DNA of 64,000 bases from Blepharisma stoltei ATCC 30299 (lineage: Eukaryota; Protista; Ciliophora). Positions within the stretch are counted from its first letter, which is position 1; each line of letters begins with the position of its first letter. The notes beneath the pieces are model-generated. The model was not told the DNA's origin. It searched no databases and saw nothing but the letters and a program-made list of their open reading frames with translations. Shown here piece after piece: positions 49,395-61,648 of the stretch. The stretch is taken from the NCBI GenBank assembly GCA_965603825.1, contig CBFDEM010000015.1, forward strand, positions 496,001-560,000, in the 5' to 3' direction. A program made the position numbers and the translations under genes.

Positions 49395-52300
49395 TTATTT
49401 ACGCCTATTCCAAAATCCTCCACCTATATTTGCATTTGTCATTTTTGGGATCTTCTTCGGCAATGTATTGCTCTTTGCTGAAGCTTGCTTATCTACTCTT
49501 GGAATATTTTTAGCTTCTTCTGCTTTTTTTCTTTCTTCTTTTTGCTTATTAATTGCGATAGTGTTAGTATTTGTTGCTTTTGGAGGTATTTTAGCTTCTT
49601 CTATGCGTTTTCTTTCTTCTTTTCTTCTACGAGTTACGTCAACGTCAATACTTACTTCTTTATATCCTAATTTTGGAGCCTCCACCTTCTCTATATTGCT
49701 TGATTTCTTTTCCTCAAGAATTTTATTTCCATAAGCTTGAGGAATTGTCGTATTTATTTTTTGCTCCTCATTGATTCTTTCAAAAAAATCACTATAATAA
49801 TGATATACTCCATCTCTTGGGTTTCCCCAATGTGGATCATAGTCAATAGTTATCAGTTTGCTTTTGCCATCGTAGTAGTCTATTAAGTCATCTCAATCAT
49901 TATTTTGCCTTAAACAACGAGCATTTCCTAAAATACTCAATGCAAACCTAGCTCTGGTAATAGCTACGTTCATTCTTCTTCTATCACTCAAAAATCCAAT
50001 ATTTTCAGATCTTACTAAAGAAAGTATGATATAGTCTTTTTCCCTTCCTTGGTATCCATCAACAGAGTCCACTTCAATTCTGTGCCTTCAGCTATCACCA
50101 AATCTATTCCCAAGCAATTTCTTTATATGCTCAGCTTGCGCTCTATAAGGTGTTATTATACCTATCGATAATCCTCTCGCCCTAAGCAATTCATAAACGA
50201 TATAATTTGCTTCATATTCGTTGTAAAAGCTATGCCCATCACTTGCCTGAGTTTCAATTGAATTTACTAAGTTAAAAAATCGTAAGCCTGGGTTCTTTAT
50301 GCCAGGTGGCATTTGTCTCCTATCAACACTAGGATCAGATTTTAGTTTGTTATCATAAAAATATGTAGCAGGATACTCACAAAGCTCAGATATCATTCTA
50401 TACTGTGTTTTAAGCATCAAAGGTTCAAACTTGCAATCTTCCATCCTTTCAAATAGTGATCGGTTATATCCGTTTGTTTTTGAGGCATCTGCAAAAGTTG
50501 TTGCCGGAAGCTGCTTTGGATCTCCAAATAAAATAACAGTCGAAGTATCATACAGAAAAGGGATTAAAATGTTAAGCTCAACAGATTGGCATGCTTCATC
50601 AATAATAAGAAAGTCAAATTTTCTTATTGAAATTCCATTATCATCAACTGCGAATGCAGACAGCATATCTAGAGAACCAGCCGTGCTTGATGTGCAAAAA
50701 ATAATATCCGATTCTCCGATATATTTTTTCTTCAATGATTTTTGACGCTCAATATATCTATTCTTTTCATCATATAGCTGATTCAGATTATCTTCCAAAA
50801 GGCTAAGGCTTCATTTTAAGTTTCTAAATTTTTCACCCTTCACATTTCCTTTTTTAGCCATTTCCTCTAGTTCACCACGCAAACTGTCGAATTCTATTAG
50901 TGTTTCTTTAATTTCATTTGTGGGGTCTCTCAATCCTTCTTCATTCAACGCTACTTCTATTATGTAATTTAATGAGATTTCTTTAACACTTACAGGGATT
51001 TCTTTTGTATTAACATTTTCCACTATTCCTAACTCATTTTTAAATCTTTTTTGGCCAATTCTAAGCATTGGAATATCTTGCAGCTGATCTCCATTTTCAT
51101 CAAATAGTCCATTGTTATGAGCTCTAGAGGCGATTTCGTCAATGGCTGCATTGCTGGGAGCACAAACTAAAATTTTTGGCCTTGAATAACGATCGATTGA
51201 CAAATATCCTGAAATCAGACCAAGAATTACTGAAGTTTTTCCTGTTCCTGGGGGGCCTTGAACTAACGAAATCCCTTCATTCATGCAAAATGAATAATAA
51301 AGGACTTCAAATTGTGATTGATTAAATTTATTCTTGATGGTATTAAGAAAACGCTCTGAGACAATTGGATTTGATAATATTCTTGGAGGTTTAGGAAATA
51401 ATATATAATCCAATAGCAAAGAATCTCCAGTCTTGCTAAAAATCAAAAATTCTCTTCTGAGTGTGGTTAAGTTTCCCAGGCTCACTATATTAAATTTCAG
51501 TTGAGAATTGCCACATTGCTGCGCTTTTATTGAAATCGAACCACTTTTGTTGTCTTTCCTTGCAATTCCTAATCAATAATTTGAAATTAATATCTCATCT
51601 GACATTTGAAACCCAAATCCACTATCAGGGAGTAGTAGCAGCAAATCATTTGCCTGTATTTCATCATAAAAATTTTTAGTTAAAACACTCTCATTTGAAT
51701 GCGAAACTTTATAGCCTCACCTTTCTTCTTCCAAAATAAAATCGTATACCTTGAATTTGTTTATATCTTTAATTTGTTTTTTAATAATTTCTTGCACTTC
51801 TAAAAAAAAAGCTGCTTTAAACTCTTCTTTATACTGATCAAAATTATCAAATTCATCTGAAATTTTTTTTATTTGAGGAGGAGCTTCAAGATTATATTGA
51901 TTAAAATTCAAAATAAAGTCATCTAACTCTTGATATGGTTGAGACTCAAAAAAATTTATTTTTTTCCCCTTTTTCTTTTTCTGAACTTCTTCAAATTTAA
52001 ATTCCCTTTCTTCTTCAGCTCATCCAGAATCATCTGAATTACTGAATTCATCAATGCTTTCTTCTGATTTTTCATCTTCTATAGCTAGTGGCTGGTTTTC
52101 TCGTTCATTCTGAGAGTTTATCTCAACAAATTTGATTTTTATTCTTCTTTCAAAGCCTTCTTTAAATCTATTCAACTTCTGGACTGCTGCTTTAAAATCG
52201 CCAGGATTCAAAACGCTTATTTTATTTGGGTCTATTTTTAAAAGAATCTCTCTCGTAATTTTTTTAACTTTTTTATCTGACTCTTCAGCCCCAATATTTA

Positions 52301-52757
52301 AAGCTTCATAAATATTTTTAGCTTTTAATATTCGCCGACATATATTTTGCCTTTCTTCATCAAGCTTTCTTTTATCTTCTGCTTTCTTTTTTGCCAGCTC
52401 TTCTTTTTCTCTTATTTTACGCTCGTGCTCTTCTTTTCTATCTTTTGCATTGTTTAACAACTGAAAGTGTGTAGATGATGGTTGAATATTGCAAACTTTG
52501 ACTAGGAAAGATATAGATTTCCCAAATTCATGGTTTTCTAAAGATTTATTGGCAATATCAATGCATCTTTGAAGCTCAATGGCATCTTTTTCGGAAAGAC
52601 TACTTTCGGCTTCTATATTAAAAGAGCCATTATTTTCAATATTTTCTCTGCTTTCAAAAACTTGATTTTTTTTCATATTAATCCTGCTTCCAGAGAATTC
52701 TAAGTCGCTATTACCCTCAGTCTCTTCTTTAATATTTTCATGTTTGCTTTTTGACAT
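49395..52757 (-). CDS. J-domain/Sen1-like helicase fusion, copy B, 1120 aa, HPD changed to DPN
   Basis: All track ORFs lie in one frame joined by TGA=[64 protein letters not shown]. Confidence 0.88.
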
Positions 52758-53108
52758 TTAGCCGAAATTGTAAAGTTCTCATTTTTCCCGAAATTCCTGA
52801 TAAATGTAAATTGTAGATTAGCAATTTTATCTTCATCTCATTAGAATGTGCATAAAAAATAAACCTAATTTATATAAAAAGATAGATCACTAATTTAAGT
52901 CCGCAGTAATGCGGTCTGAACTCATCTAAAAGCAACATATTCTCTTAAGATAATAATCATTAGAAGAATAAACGTTAAATAATTATATTTTAAAACAGTC
53001 TGATATTCTTAATTTAAACGCAAAGCTAATTCAATATTTTTACTACTCTTTAGCTAACTCTCTTGATTTTTGAATGCTTGACTCTTGGACTACATAAGAA
53101 ATAAATTA

Positions 53109-56100
53109 TTAACCAAATTTTTTTCTTTTGCCTGAACTTCCGATAGAAGACTCTGTTTTCTCTTCAATATTATTATATCCTTCCTTTAATAATTGATTTT
53201 CACCACTTATATTAAACTCAATTCTTTTACGATTCCTATCAATCGAAATTTTATTTTCAAGCTCTAATTGATTCCAATACGATTGTTTTCCATCATAATC
53301 CGAATGAATAAGCTTATTTTTGCTATCACAAAACTCAATAAAATTATCCCAATCATCATTTTTCTTCAAACTTAAAGCATTCCCCACAATATGAAGCCCA
53401 AACTTAGCCCTTGTTATTGCTACATTCATTCTCCTTATATCTTTAAGAAATCCAATATTCCCAGTAACTAAATCTGACCTAACCAGCGACAAAATAATAA
53501 AATCTTTTTCTCTTCCTTGGTATCCATCAACAGAGTCTACTTCAATTCTCTCCCTTCAGTCATCCTGAAATTTTTCATCAAGGAGTTTTGTCAAATATTC
53601 AACCTGTTTCCTATAAGGAGTAATTATGCCTACATTTTTTGCATATTCTCCAATTATTTTTTTTACAATATATTTAGCTTCAATTTCATTATAATAGCTA
53701 TAATCGTGCTGATTACTTATTTCTTGAGATCTTGTAAGGTTAATAAAAAGAAGACCAAGCGGCCTGATACCTAGTGGAGCTTGTCGTGAGTCTACTGAAG
53801 GATGAGATTTTAATAAATGATCATAAAAATACATGCTGGGGTATTGGCATAATTCTTTGCTCATCCTATACTGTACTTTTAAAATTTGAGGAGAAATTCT
53901 GCAGTCAATGAATCTTTCAAACATTGACCGATTGTATTTATTTACCTTTGAGGTTTCTGAAAATGTGGTTGCTGGTAATTGTTTATGATCACCAAATAAG
54001 ATCACTGTAGAAGTGTCATATAAAAATGGGATTAGCATGTTCAGCTCAATGCATTGGCAAGCTTCATCTATAATTAAATAGTCAAACCGTCGTGGAGATA
54101 TTCTATTTTTAGAGTTTGAAAATGCAGAAAGCATGTCTGCTGACCCAGCAGTGCTCGTTGTACAAAAGATGACATCTGCAGCCTGTATCAAATCTTTTCT
54201 GCTTTTCTTTTTGTTTTCGTGATAGTCTTTTTGCTCTTCTTTTAAGTACTCTATATCTTCAAGAACGTCTTCTCGCTTTTTGACTAATTTCTCGTATTTT
54301 TTTATGTCAGCAGTTCCCTTTTTCAGCATATTTTCTAGTTCTTCTGCTAATTTTTGCTCTTCTTTGACTTTTTCTTTAATTTTTTTTGCTTGGTCATGAA
54401 ACCCAATATCATTTAGATCTTTTTCACTTAAATAATTTAGAGAAATTTTCTTGACATTTGTGGGGATATCTTTGACATTAATATCCTCAATAATTCCTAA
54501 TTCGTTTTTAAATCTTTTTTGCCCAATTCTTAATAGATTTATTTTAGATACAGGATTACCATCTTCATCAAAAATCTGATTTTTATTGGCGCGAGATGCT
54601 ATTTCATCAATAGCAGCATTGCTTGGAGCGCAAACCAAAATTTTTGGTTTTGTTAGTGAGTTTGAAGATCAATATCCAGATATAAGCCCCATTATTGTAG
54701 ATGTTTTTCCTGTTCCTGGAGGGCCTTGAATAAGCAGTATGCCTTCTTTTATACTAAAAGCATTTAATAAAGCCTCATACTGTCCTTGGTTAAATTTTTT
54801 TTTAATCACATTCAAAAATCTCTCAGAAACAATTGTATTACAAATATTTGGAGGCTTTGGGCTTAAAATATGATCTAGAAGTAGCGCATCTTTTATTTTT
54901 GTAAACGTTAAAAATTCTCTTCTTAATGTCGTTAAATTTCCGATGCTAATAACACAATATTGAATATTTGGATCATCCTCAAGCAATGACAATATTTTAA
55001 CATTATTATCATTTGGGTTCTTTTTCGCAATGCCTAGGTTAAATGATGATTGTTTTAAATCATATTGATTTTCTATATAACTATAATCTTCAATATCACA
55101 TATAAATAGAAGATCGTTCGCTTGTATTTCTAAAGAAAATTCTTCTACAGTGAATCTTGTGCACTCTGGTGAAAGCACAAAATAATCATCAGTAAGCACA
55201 AAATTAACAAAGTATTCTTTTCCAGTGAACAGTCCATTGATTGCTTTAAGAATGATTTCATGGAGTTCTACAAAATAAGCAGCCTTAAGCTTAGCTATAT
55301 AATCATTAGCGTCTATAAATTCATTTGGTATCTCTTCAGAGGTTGGACTCCTAAAGAATTCACTATTAGAAAATTGTAAAATATAGTCTTCAAGTTCTTC
55401 ATAGACATTAACATCTTCTTCATATGGAGATTTTTCAGATGCTTGGGCCTCATTTTTTATTATGCACGACCCATGAAAGCGGGCGCTTTTTGGAATTCTT
55501 TGTGTATTTCTCGTGTTGATATCAATATCTTCATCAGAGCTATAACTATCATCTGAGATATCACTTTCTTCTGGTTTTTCATATTTTTTCAAAACAGTCT
55601 CCTCTTCCTTCGTCTCTTCTTTTTGCTCTTCTTCAACTAGATTTTCTGTTGTCTCTTGTTTCTTTTCTAATGTATCTTTGAGAGATATCAAAATTTGAGT
55701 AGCTTCTTGTGCGCTTGGTGCAAGATTTTTATCTGGATGTAAAATCCTTAAGAATTTTTTGATTGTCCTAATAATGTCTTCATCTGAAGAGCTCTCATCA
55801 ACTCCTAAGGTTTCATTTAAACTAGAAGGATTAATAATTTGCTTGCATAAATTTTCATTTGCCTCAATAATTTTTTGTTTTTTTAATTTTTCAGTTTCAT
55901 CTTCAAGCAGTTTTTTGATTACTTCTTCTTTTTTCATCTGTATTTCATTTAGCAATGATAAGCTTTCAGGAGAAGGATTCAGTTGTAGCGCTTTATTAGA
56001 AAAAATAAGTGCTCTATCAAATTCCCTTTTTTCAAGATACTTTTTTGCTATATTTAAACATCTATCAACTTCAGCTTTTATTTTTTCTGGTATCTGGCGC

Positions 56101-56300
56101 TGATTAATAGCATTTTCAGATTTATTTATGGGTAAGGCATTATTGAGAGCATCACTATTCTGTTCTGCTATTTTTACATTTTCTGGAGTTTCTGGTTGAT
56201 TAGAGCTAACAGATGCCCCAAACTCAAAGCTTGTCTTTTTTCATTTAGATTTTTTAGACTTTCTTTGCCCAGGAGCTGCTTTATTATTAGCACTCTCCAT
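53109..56300 (-). CDS. J-domain/Sen1-like helicase fusion, copy C, 1063 aa, HPD intact
   Basis: ATG 56300. [34 protein letters not shown] hairpin; [28 protein letters not shown]-domain; full SF1B helicase motifs; three TGA=W; TAA 53109. Confidence 0.9.
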
Positions 56301-56386
56301 AGTTTAGCATATATCAAATAAGAAAATAAAATAACTATGGATAAAAATTATAAATATATAAGAAATTAATATGCAAAAATTACCAA

Positions 56387-57181
56387 TTATTTTATAGATA
56401 CCTTACTGAGATGGCATTTGTTGCTCAAGCCTGGCTTTGATAATGGAGGCTTTTTCAAGACCCTTTTACTGTCAAATGATTTCCCTTGTGATATAGCCAG
56501 GTTTTCCTCACTATAATTATCACTTTCCATTTTCAAGCTTTTACGTTTAATTGGCTTTCTGGTCAAAGTTTCCAGCTTTTTCTCACTGGTGACTCACATC
56601 ATTTTGCTTCCACTATAAAGTCTCTCATGAACCGGTGACATTTTCCCCTTCTTTGACAAAATTCTTTGTGTGCCAGGACTTAAATTAATTTTTTTCCTTG
56701 CTTTTTCTTCTTCAGCTTCTTTAATCTGCTCATGAATAAATCTTTGTTTTTCAAGCTTTTGCTGCTTATTAGTCTCATAGTTAATTTGATCTTGCAAGAA
56801 CTGTTTAAGGCATCTTACAGACCTGGAGGGCGAGACTTGAGGAGCAAACGGACATTTTTCTTTTTCTTTGTATTCTTGCTCTTGTTGTTGAAATTTTATT
56901 CGGTTTTGAGAGAGTTGATGCTTAAAAAGAAGCCTTTCTACTACCTCGTTAGATTTAGGACTTGGGCTTTTACGAAAATTGGTCGGTGAGCTTGCTTTGT
57001 ATTGCTTTAACAGGCGCTCATAATCATAAGTATTTGAATCAGTTGTGTCTTTATTCAGTAGTGGGATTTTTGGCTTGCTAAGAATCTTTTTTGCCTTTGG
57101 TGAAGCTTGTGTAGTGGCAATATCTGTTGAAACATCATAAACAGAAAAATCAATTTCTTCATAATCCTCTAGAATTGACAT
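56387..57181 (-). CDS. Hypothetical protein with ERL and PF.P.(I/V) motifs, 264 aa
   Basis: VVERLL, CPFAPQVS, VHERLY. TGA 56594 read through to TAA 56387-56389. Confidence 0.7.
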
Positions 57182-57377
57182 ATTTATGGTTGTTTATTTT
57201 ATATGTTTGGATTTTGATGAGGAGTCATTTGATATATTAAGGACTGATTAATTATTACAGTATTATAAAATTAATTCATTATTTTAGTTTTAAAAAATAT
57301 TTGAATTTTAATATATTATATACATTATAAGTAGGACCAGAAATAATATATTAATTACTGAAAGCCAGTTATAATTT

Positions 57378-59423
57378 ATGAGTTCAAAACAGAACCTGAA
57401 TAAAAACTCCAAAAAAAGCCCTGGAACTAATGAAGCCAACAACCATAAAATCAAAATTGAAGCGCATTTAGATGGAAATCTTGAATCTCCAGATCAGAAA
57501 TCCGTTGAATACTCAGTCCTGTTTGTTGATCCTCATCCAAATTTTAATGACGAGTTAGACCTTTCCACCGCAGATCCTGCTCATTCCGACAAAGTCCATG
57601 AAGACCTTCCTGAAGAAGTATTTAAAGTAAAAAACCTTGACACTGGTGAAGAAGTTGACATAAGAGATGAAAATAGGGACTCTTTCACAGCTAAATTCGC
57701 CAAACTGCTAGTAGTCGAAGATTTTGAAGAAATTGAAGACATTTACAAACGGAAACGAAAAATAAATTCCTCTCTGTGGGAAGCAGTTCAGAGAAATGAC
57801 ATCAACAGAATCAAAGAGCTTTTGGATAGAGACACCTTTGGAGATTTAATTGCTCAAACCAATACCAAAGGCCTTGACGACTGAACTGCTCTTCATTTGG
57901 CAGCCTCAGATGGCTTTCGAGATGCCTGCGAAATTTTGATTCAAAATGGGGAAAGCACAGATATTGATGCAAAAACCTCAATGTTGAGGACTCCTTTACA
58001 TTTAGCTTGCATCCACGGACACTTGCCAGTTGTCAAACTTTTAGTGAGCCAAGGGGCTGATATTAATGCTATTGACATTGAAAGAAGCACTCCGCTTTAT
58101 TACGCGTCTTTACAAGGGCATCTTACTATAGTAAAATATTTGTTGAGAAAAGAGCCTGATATTGGCATAAAAAACCATTTAGGAATTACAGCTTGGGCTG
58201 TTGCATTGAATATGCAAGTCTTCAATGCATTTACTGAGCATTGTCAAAAGGAAAAACTTGTAATGCCCGAGTCGTTATATGCCCGCACACCATTTCATAC
58301 GGTTATGCTGCATAACTCAAGGACTGACTCAATAAACAAAATTTTAATGAAATGCAAACATATGCCAAGTGCTAAGGATTTGCAGGCTTTTAAAGAGAGG
58401 CCAGCTCTCAGTAAAAAGAAAGCTGAAATGCTGGGGCAGCTCAAAGATGTGCTGCCTCCTTGTAAAGTAGGTCCGAAAGATTTTAAAGGAATTCTCCAGC
58501 TTGGGAGAGGAAGCTTTGGAGAAGTTTATTTGGTTGAAAAAATTGATAGTGGTGAACAATTTGCGCTGAAGGTGTTAAGGAAAGACAAGGTCTTTGAAAA
58601 TAACTTGGTGAGATACGCTTTTACGGAAAGAAATATTTTGATGAAAATATCGCATCCATATATTGTTAAATTGAATTATGCCTTTCAAACTCCAGAAAAA
58701 CTTGTTTTGGTCATGGACTTTTGCCCAAATGGCGACTTAGGGACACACTTAGCCAGAGAAAAGAAATTTGACGAGCACAAAGCCAGATTTTACATTTCCG
58801 AGGTCCTACTAGCTCTACAAGAGCTTCATATGCATGATATTATTTTTAGAGACCTAAAGCCTGAAAACGTCGTTTTAGACAAAGACGGGCATGCCAGATT
58901 AACTGACTTCGGGCTTTCAAAAGAAGGTGTGCACGAAGGAGAGCTCAATAAATCCTTTTGTGGCTCAGTCGCATACTTAGCCCCAGAAATGCTGAGACGA
59001 GCAGGCCACACAAGGTCAGTTGATTGGTATTTATTAGGAGTTTTACTATATGAAATGATCGTGGGGACGCCTCCATATTACTCAAATAACCGTGAACAAC
59101 TGTTCAATAATATCCAAAGAGGAGTCTTAAAAATCCCCAAAAGCTTATCAGAAGAAGCAAAAGACTTAATAAAAAGGCTTATAATTAGAGACCCAAATAA
59201 AAGATTGGGCGCTGGCAAACGAGATGCTGAAGAAATTAAAGAACACCCGTTTTTTCAAGAAATAGATTGAGGAGGATTAATGGTAAGAGCAGTCCCAGCT
59301 CCTCCTGTAAAGCCAATAAGAAGAATCCCTAAAGAGCAATCTTTAGAAAAAATGTTTGGGAGGCTAGACCAAGATGAGCCTGCTCCAAGACTAGATCAAT
59401 GGTCTATTTTAAAGCCAAGCTAA
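57378..59423 (+). CDS. Ankyrin-repeat AGC-group Ser/Thr kinase (Akt/RSK/SGK-like catalytic domain), 681 aa
   Basis: W(TGA)TALHLAA, TPLHLAC, TPLYYAS ankyrins; GRGSFG, FRDLKPEN, DFG, SFCGS, HPFF..IDW(TGA); TAA 59421-59423. Confidence 0.92.
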
Positions 59424-59442
59424 TTGAATATAGTTTTATCTA

Positions 59443-60249
59443 TTACAAATATTCTGCAATTTTAGGAATTAACTCTGGAGGAATCCTATAAAGTGGCAGC
59501 TCTCTTTTTTTGCCCTTCTTCGAAATCATATTAGGTATCGCTTCACAGAGGTTTGCCCAATAAAGATTTCTCCCTCCGTCTTCTTCATCAGTCGGTGGCA
59601 TTATTTTTTTCGCAATTCACAAAAAATTCTTCCGCCTTTCCCAATTCAAAGTTTGCATTCCCACACTAATTTCGACGACCTTCATAAATGCAGCTGCAAT
59701 ATTTAAGCCATTTTTCGCTGAGGTCTCAATATAAGAAATTTTAATTTCGTTTTCTGTATCAATAATTTTTTGTATGTCATCAGAGCTGACTTCAAGATTT
59801 TCTTTGTCTGCTTTAGTGCCTATTAAAAGTAATTCTTTGTTTCTGTATTCGTTTTTTTTGAATAAATCGATTTTAGAAGAAATGTCTTGGCAGGAGGCAA
59901 AATTGGAGAGATCAAAGGCTAATGCAATGGAGTCAGCGTTTTTGATTGATTTTAGACGGCATTCGAGCTGCAAGTCCATGTCAGATAAAGAGTCCATGAC
60001 TAGAAGCTGAACTAGTAAACCGTAATAGTCAATTGAAAAGGTCTTTAGGTTGCAGCCTAATGTAGGACTGTAGTCGTTGTTGAATTCTTCATTGTTGTAT
60101 CTTTGGACAAAGCAAGTTTTTCCAACTTGCTGCTGCCCAACTATTAGACACTTTGCCCTTAGCTGTGGAATTTCGCTTGCTTTTGTGTGTGATACTCCCA
60201 TAATATTAATTAGTTTACTATTCACCTTTTTCTCATCAATTGTCGTCAT
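59443..60249 (-). CDS. Divergent Rab-like GTPase with C-terminal SOCS/cullin-box-like extension, up to 268 aa
   Basis: GQQQVGKT, YSPTLG, GTKAD, ETSAK. TGA 59617 read through to LPLYRIPPELIPKIAEYL, TAA 59443-59445. Alternative start at 60201. Confidence 0.78.
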
Positions 60250-60347
60250 AAGTTAAAATTGAAAATTAATAAGTAAAAGCTAATTAAGGAAAAATCTTTA
60301 ATTAATATTTTAATCACTGATCCAAATAATGATATAAACACATAAAC

Positions 60348-60737
60348 ATGGAGTCAATTGCTCGCAAGCTTGGCATTAAACTTCTAGACGCTGAACATGA
60401 ATATTCTGAAGAGTTTGAGCCTGAACTAAAACTGATTTCCGCCAAATCCTTTGCTTGCATGTCAAACTGCTATAAAAGTGATGCCCCATTCCAAGACTGC
60501 AATCTCTGTTCAAGAAAATGTTCTTTAACCCTTGCAAAGGCTCAGACAGAGCTAGAAGGAACCATAAATCACGTGAATTCCTCATTTAAAAACTGTACCA
60601 AAGGTTGCGCTTATAAATTTGGAGAAGAGGAGATTCCTGAAAATGTGAAATGTTTTGAAGACTGCTTTAACAGCTCATATGCAATACTTGCTGAGCATAA
60701 GGACAGAGTTAAAGCGAAACTTAAGGAATTCTTATAA
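60348..60737 (+). CDS. FAM136A-like (DUF842) small helical protein with paired CX3C motifs, 129 aa
   Basis: Four CX3C motifs (CMSNC, CSRKC, CTKGC, CFEDC) with the L.KAQ..LE linker spacing seen in FAM136A. Confidence 0.65.
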   Translation: MESIARKLGIKLLDAEHEYSEEFEPELKLISAKSFACMSNCYKSDAPFQDCNLCSRKCSLTLAKAQTELEGTINHVNSSFKNCTKGCAYKFGEEEIPENVKCFEDCFNSSYAILAEHKDRVKAKLKEFL

Positions 60738-60762
60738 TTAAACCATTAGTCTTAATAAAAAT

Positions 60763-61592
60763 ATGAACAAAAGGTTAGCAGGGAGGCTAATGAGCTTGCT
60801 AGTAATGACTATTCATAGACTTTGGCATTAATTCTTGTAGCTGATTTAATAGTCAGTTATTCTTTGATTTTTACATGATATCCTAGTAAATTTGGCTCAC
60901 TTGGGTTATCGCCACTTGGGCTCTTTATATTTTTACTTTATCAACTGTCGGTGTCTCTTTCTGTGATATCTCATTTTAAATGTATGTTTACCGACCCTGG
61001 AAAAACACCAAAATATCCTGTCCCTGGGGATATTCCTCTTGAGAACGTCAAATATTGTGCTGACTGTGAACAATGGAAACCCCCAAGGACCCATCATTGT
61101 AGGACTTGTAAAATCTGCTACCATAAGATGGATCATCATTGTCCTTGGGTTAACAATTGTATAGCAGTCAATAACCAAAAATATTTTATTCTTTTCTTGT
61201 TTTATATTTCATTTGCATCTTTATTGACGCTGATTATTATTGGAATGACTATTTATGAGTACCTTTGTTATGAAGGAAGTGTCAGATTTGACGTGATGAA
61301 ATGTTTTTTTACTGTTTTGGTTGGGTTTGAAGCGATTATATTTTTGATATTTACTGGAGATTTTCTGAGAGAGCAGCTGCAATTAGTTTTAGATAATCAG
61401 ACGACGGTGGAAAGCTATCAAGATAGGTATGGAATTCCTCATTCAGTTATAAAATGCTTAAGCGAAGTCTTAGGGAAAAACTCTTGAATGTGGCTTTTAC
61501 CTGTTTCTCCCTCAATTGATATTAATTATTTAGAGCCTTGCTACTCCTATGAAGAAAGAATGGAAATGTTGGGGAAGTCAAGAAAAGATTAA
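60763..61592 (+). CDS. DHHC palmitoyl-acyltransferase (ZDHHC3/7-like), 270 aa
   Basis: TDPG, KPPRTHHCRTCKICYHKMDHHCPWVNNC, TTVE; two TGA=W. The N-terminus needs a 17-nt intron 60802-60818. Confidence 0.85.
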
Positions 61593-61648
61593 AATAATTA
61601 TTATAGATTTTACTTTATTAAAGCCTGAATTCTAAAAACGCAAATTAC

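Larger units (their letters stand above)
44223..53119. repeat. Tandem segmental duplication: about 44223-48714 repeated at about 48729-53119
   Basis: The GPAT 3' part, spacer, whole helicase gene and its upstream region recur in order; junction near 48715-48730. Confidence 0.92.
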
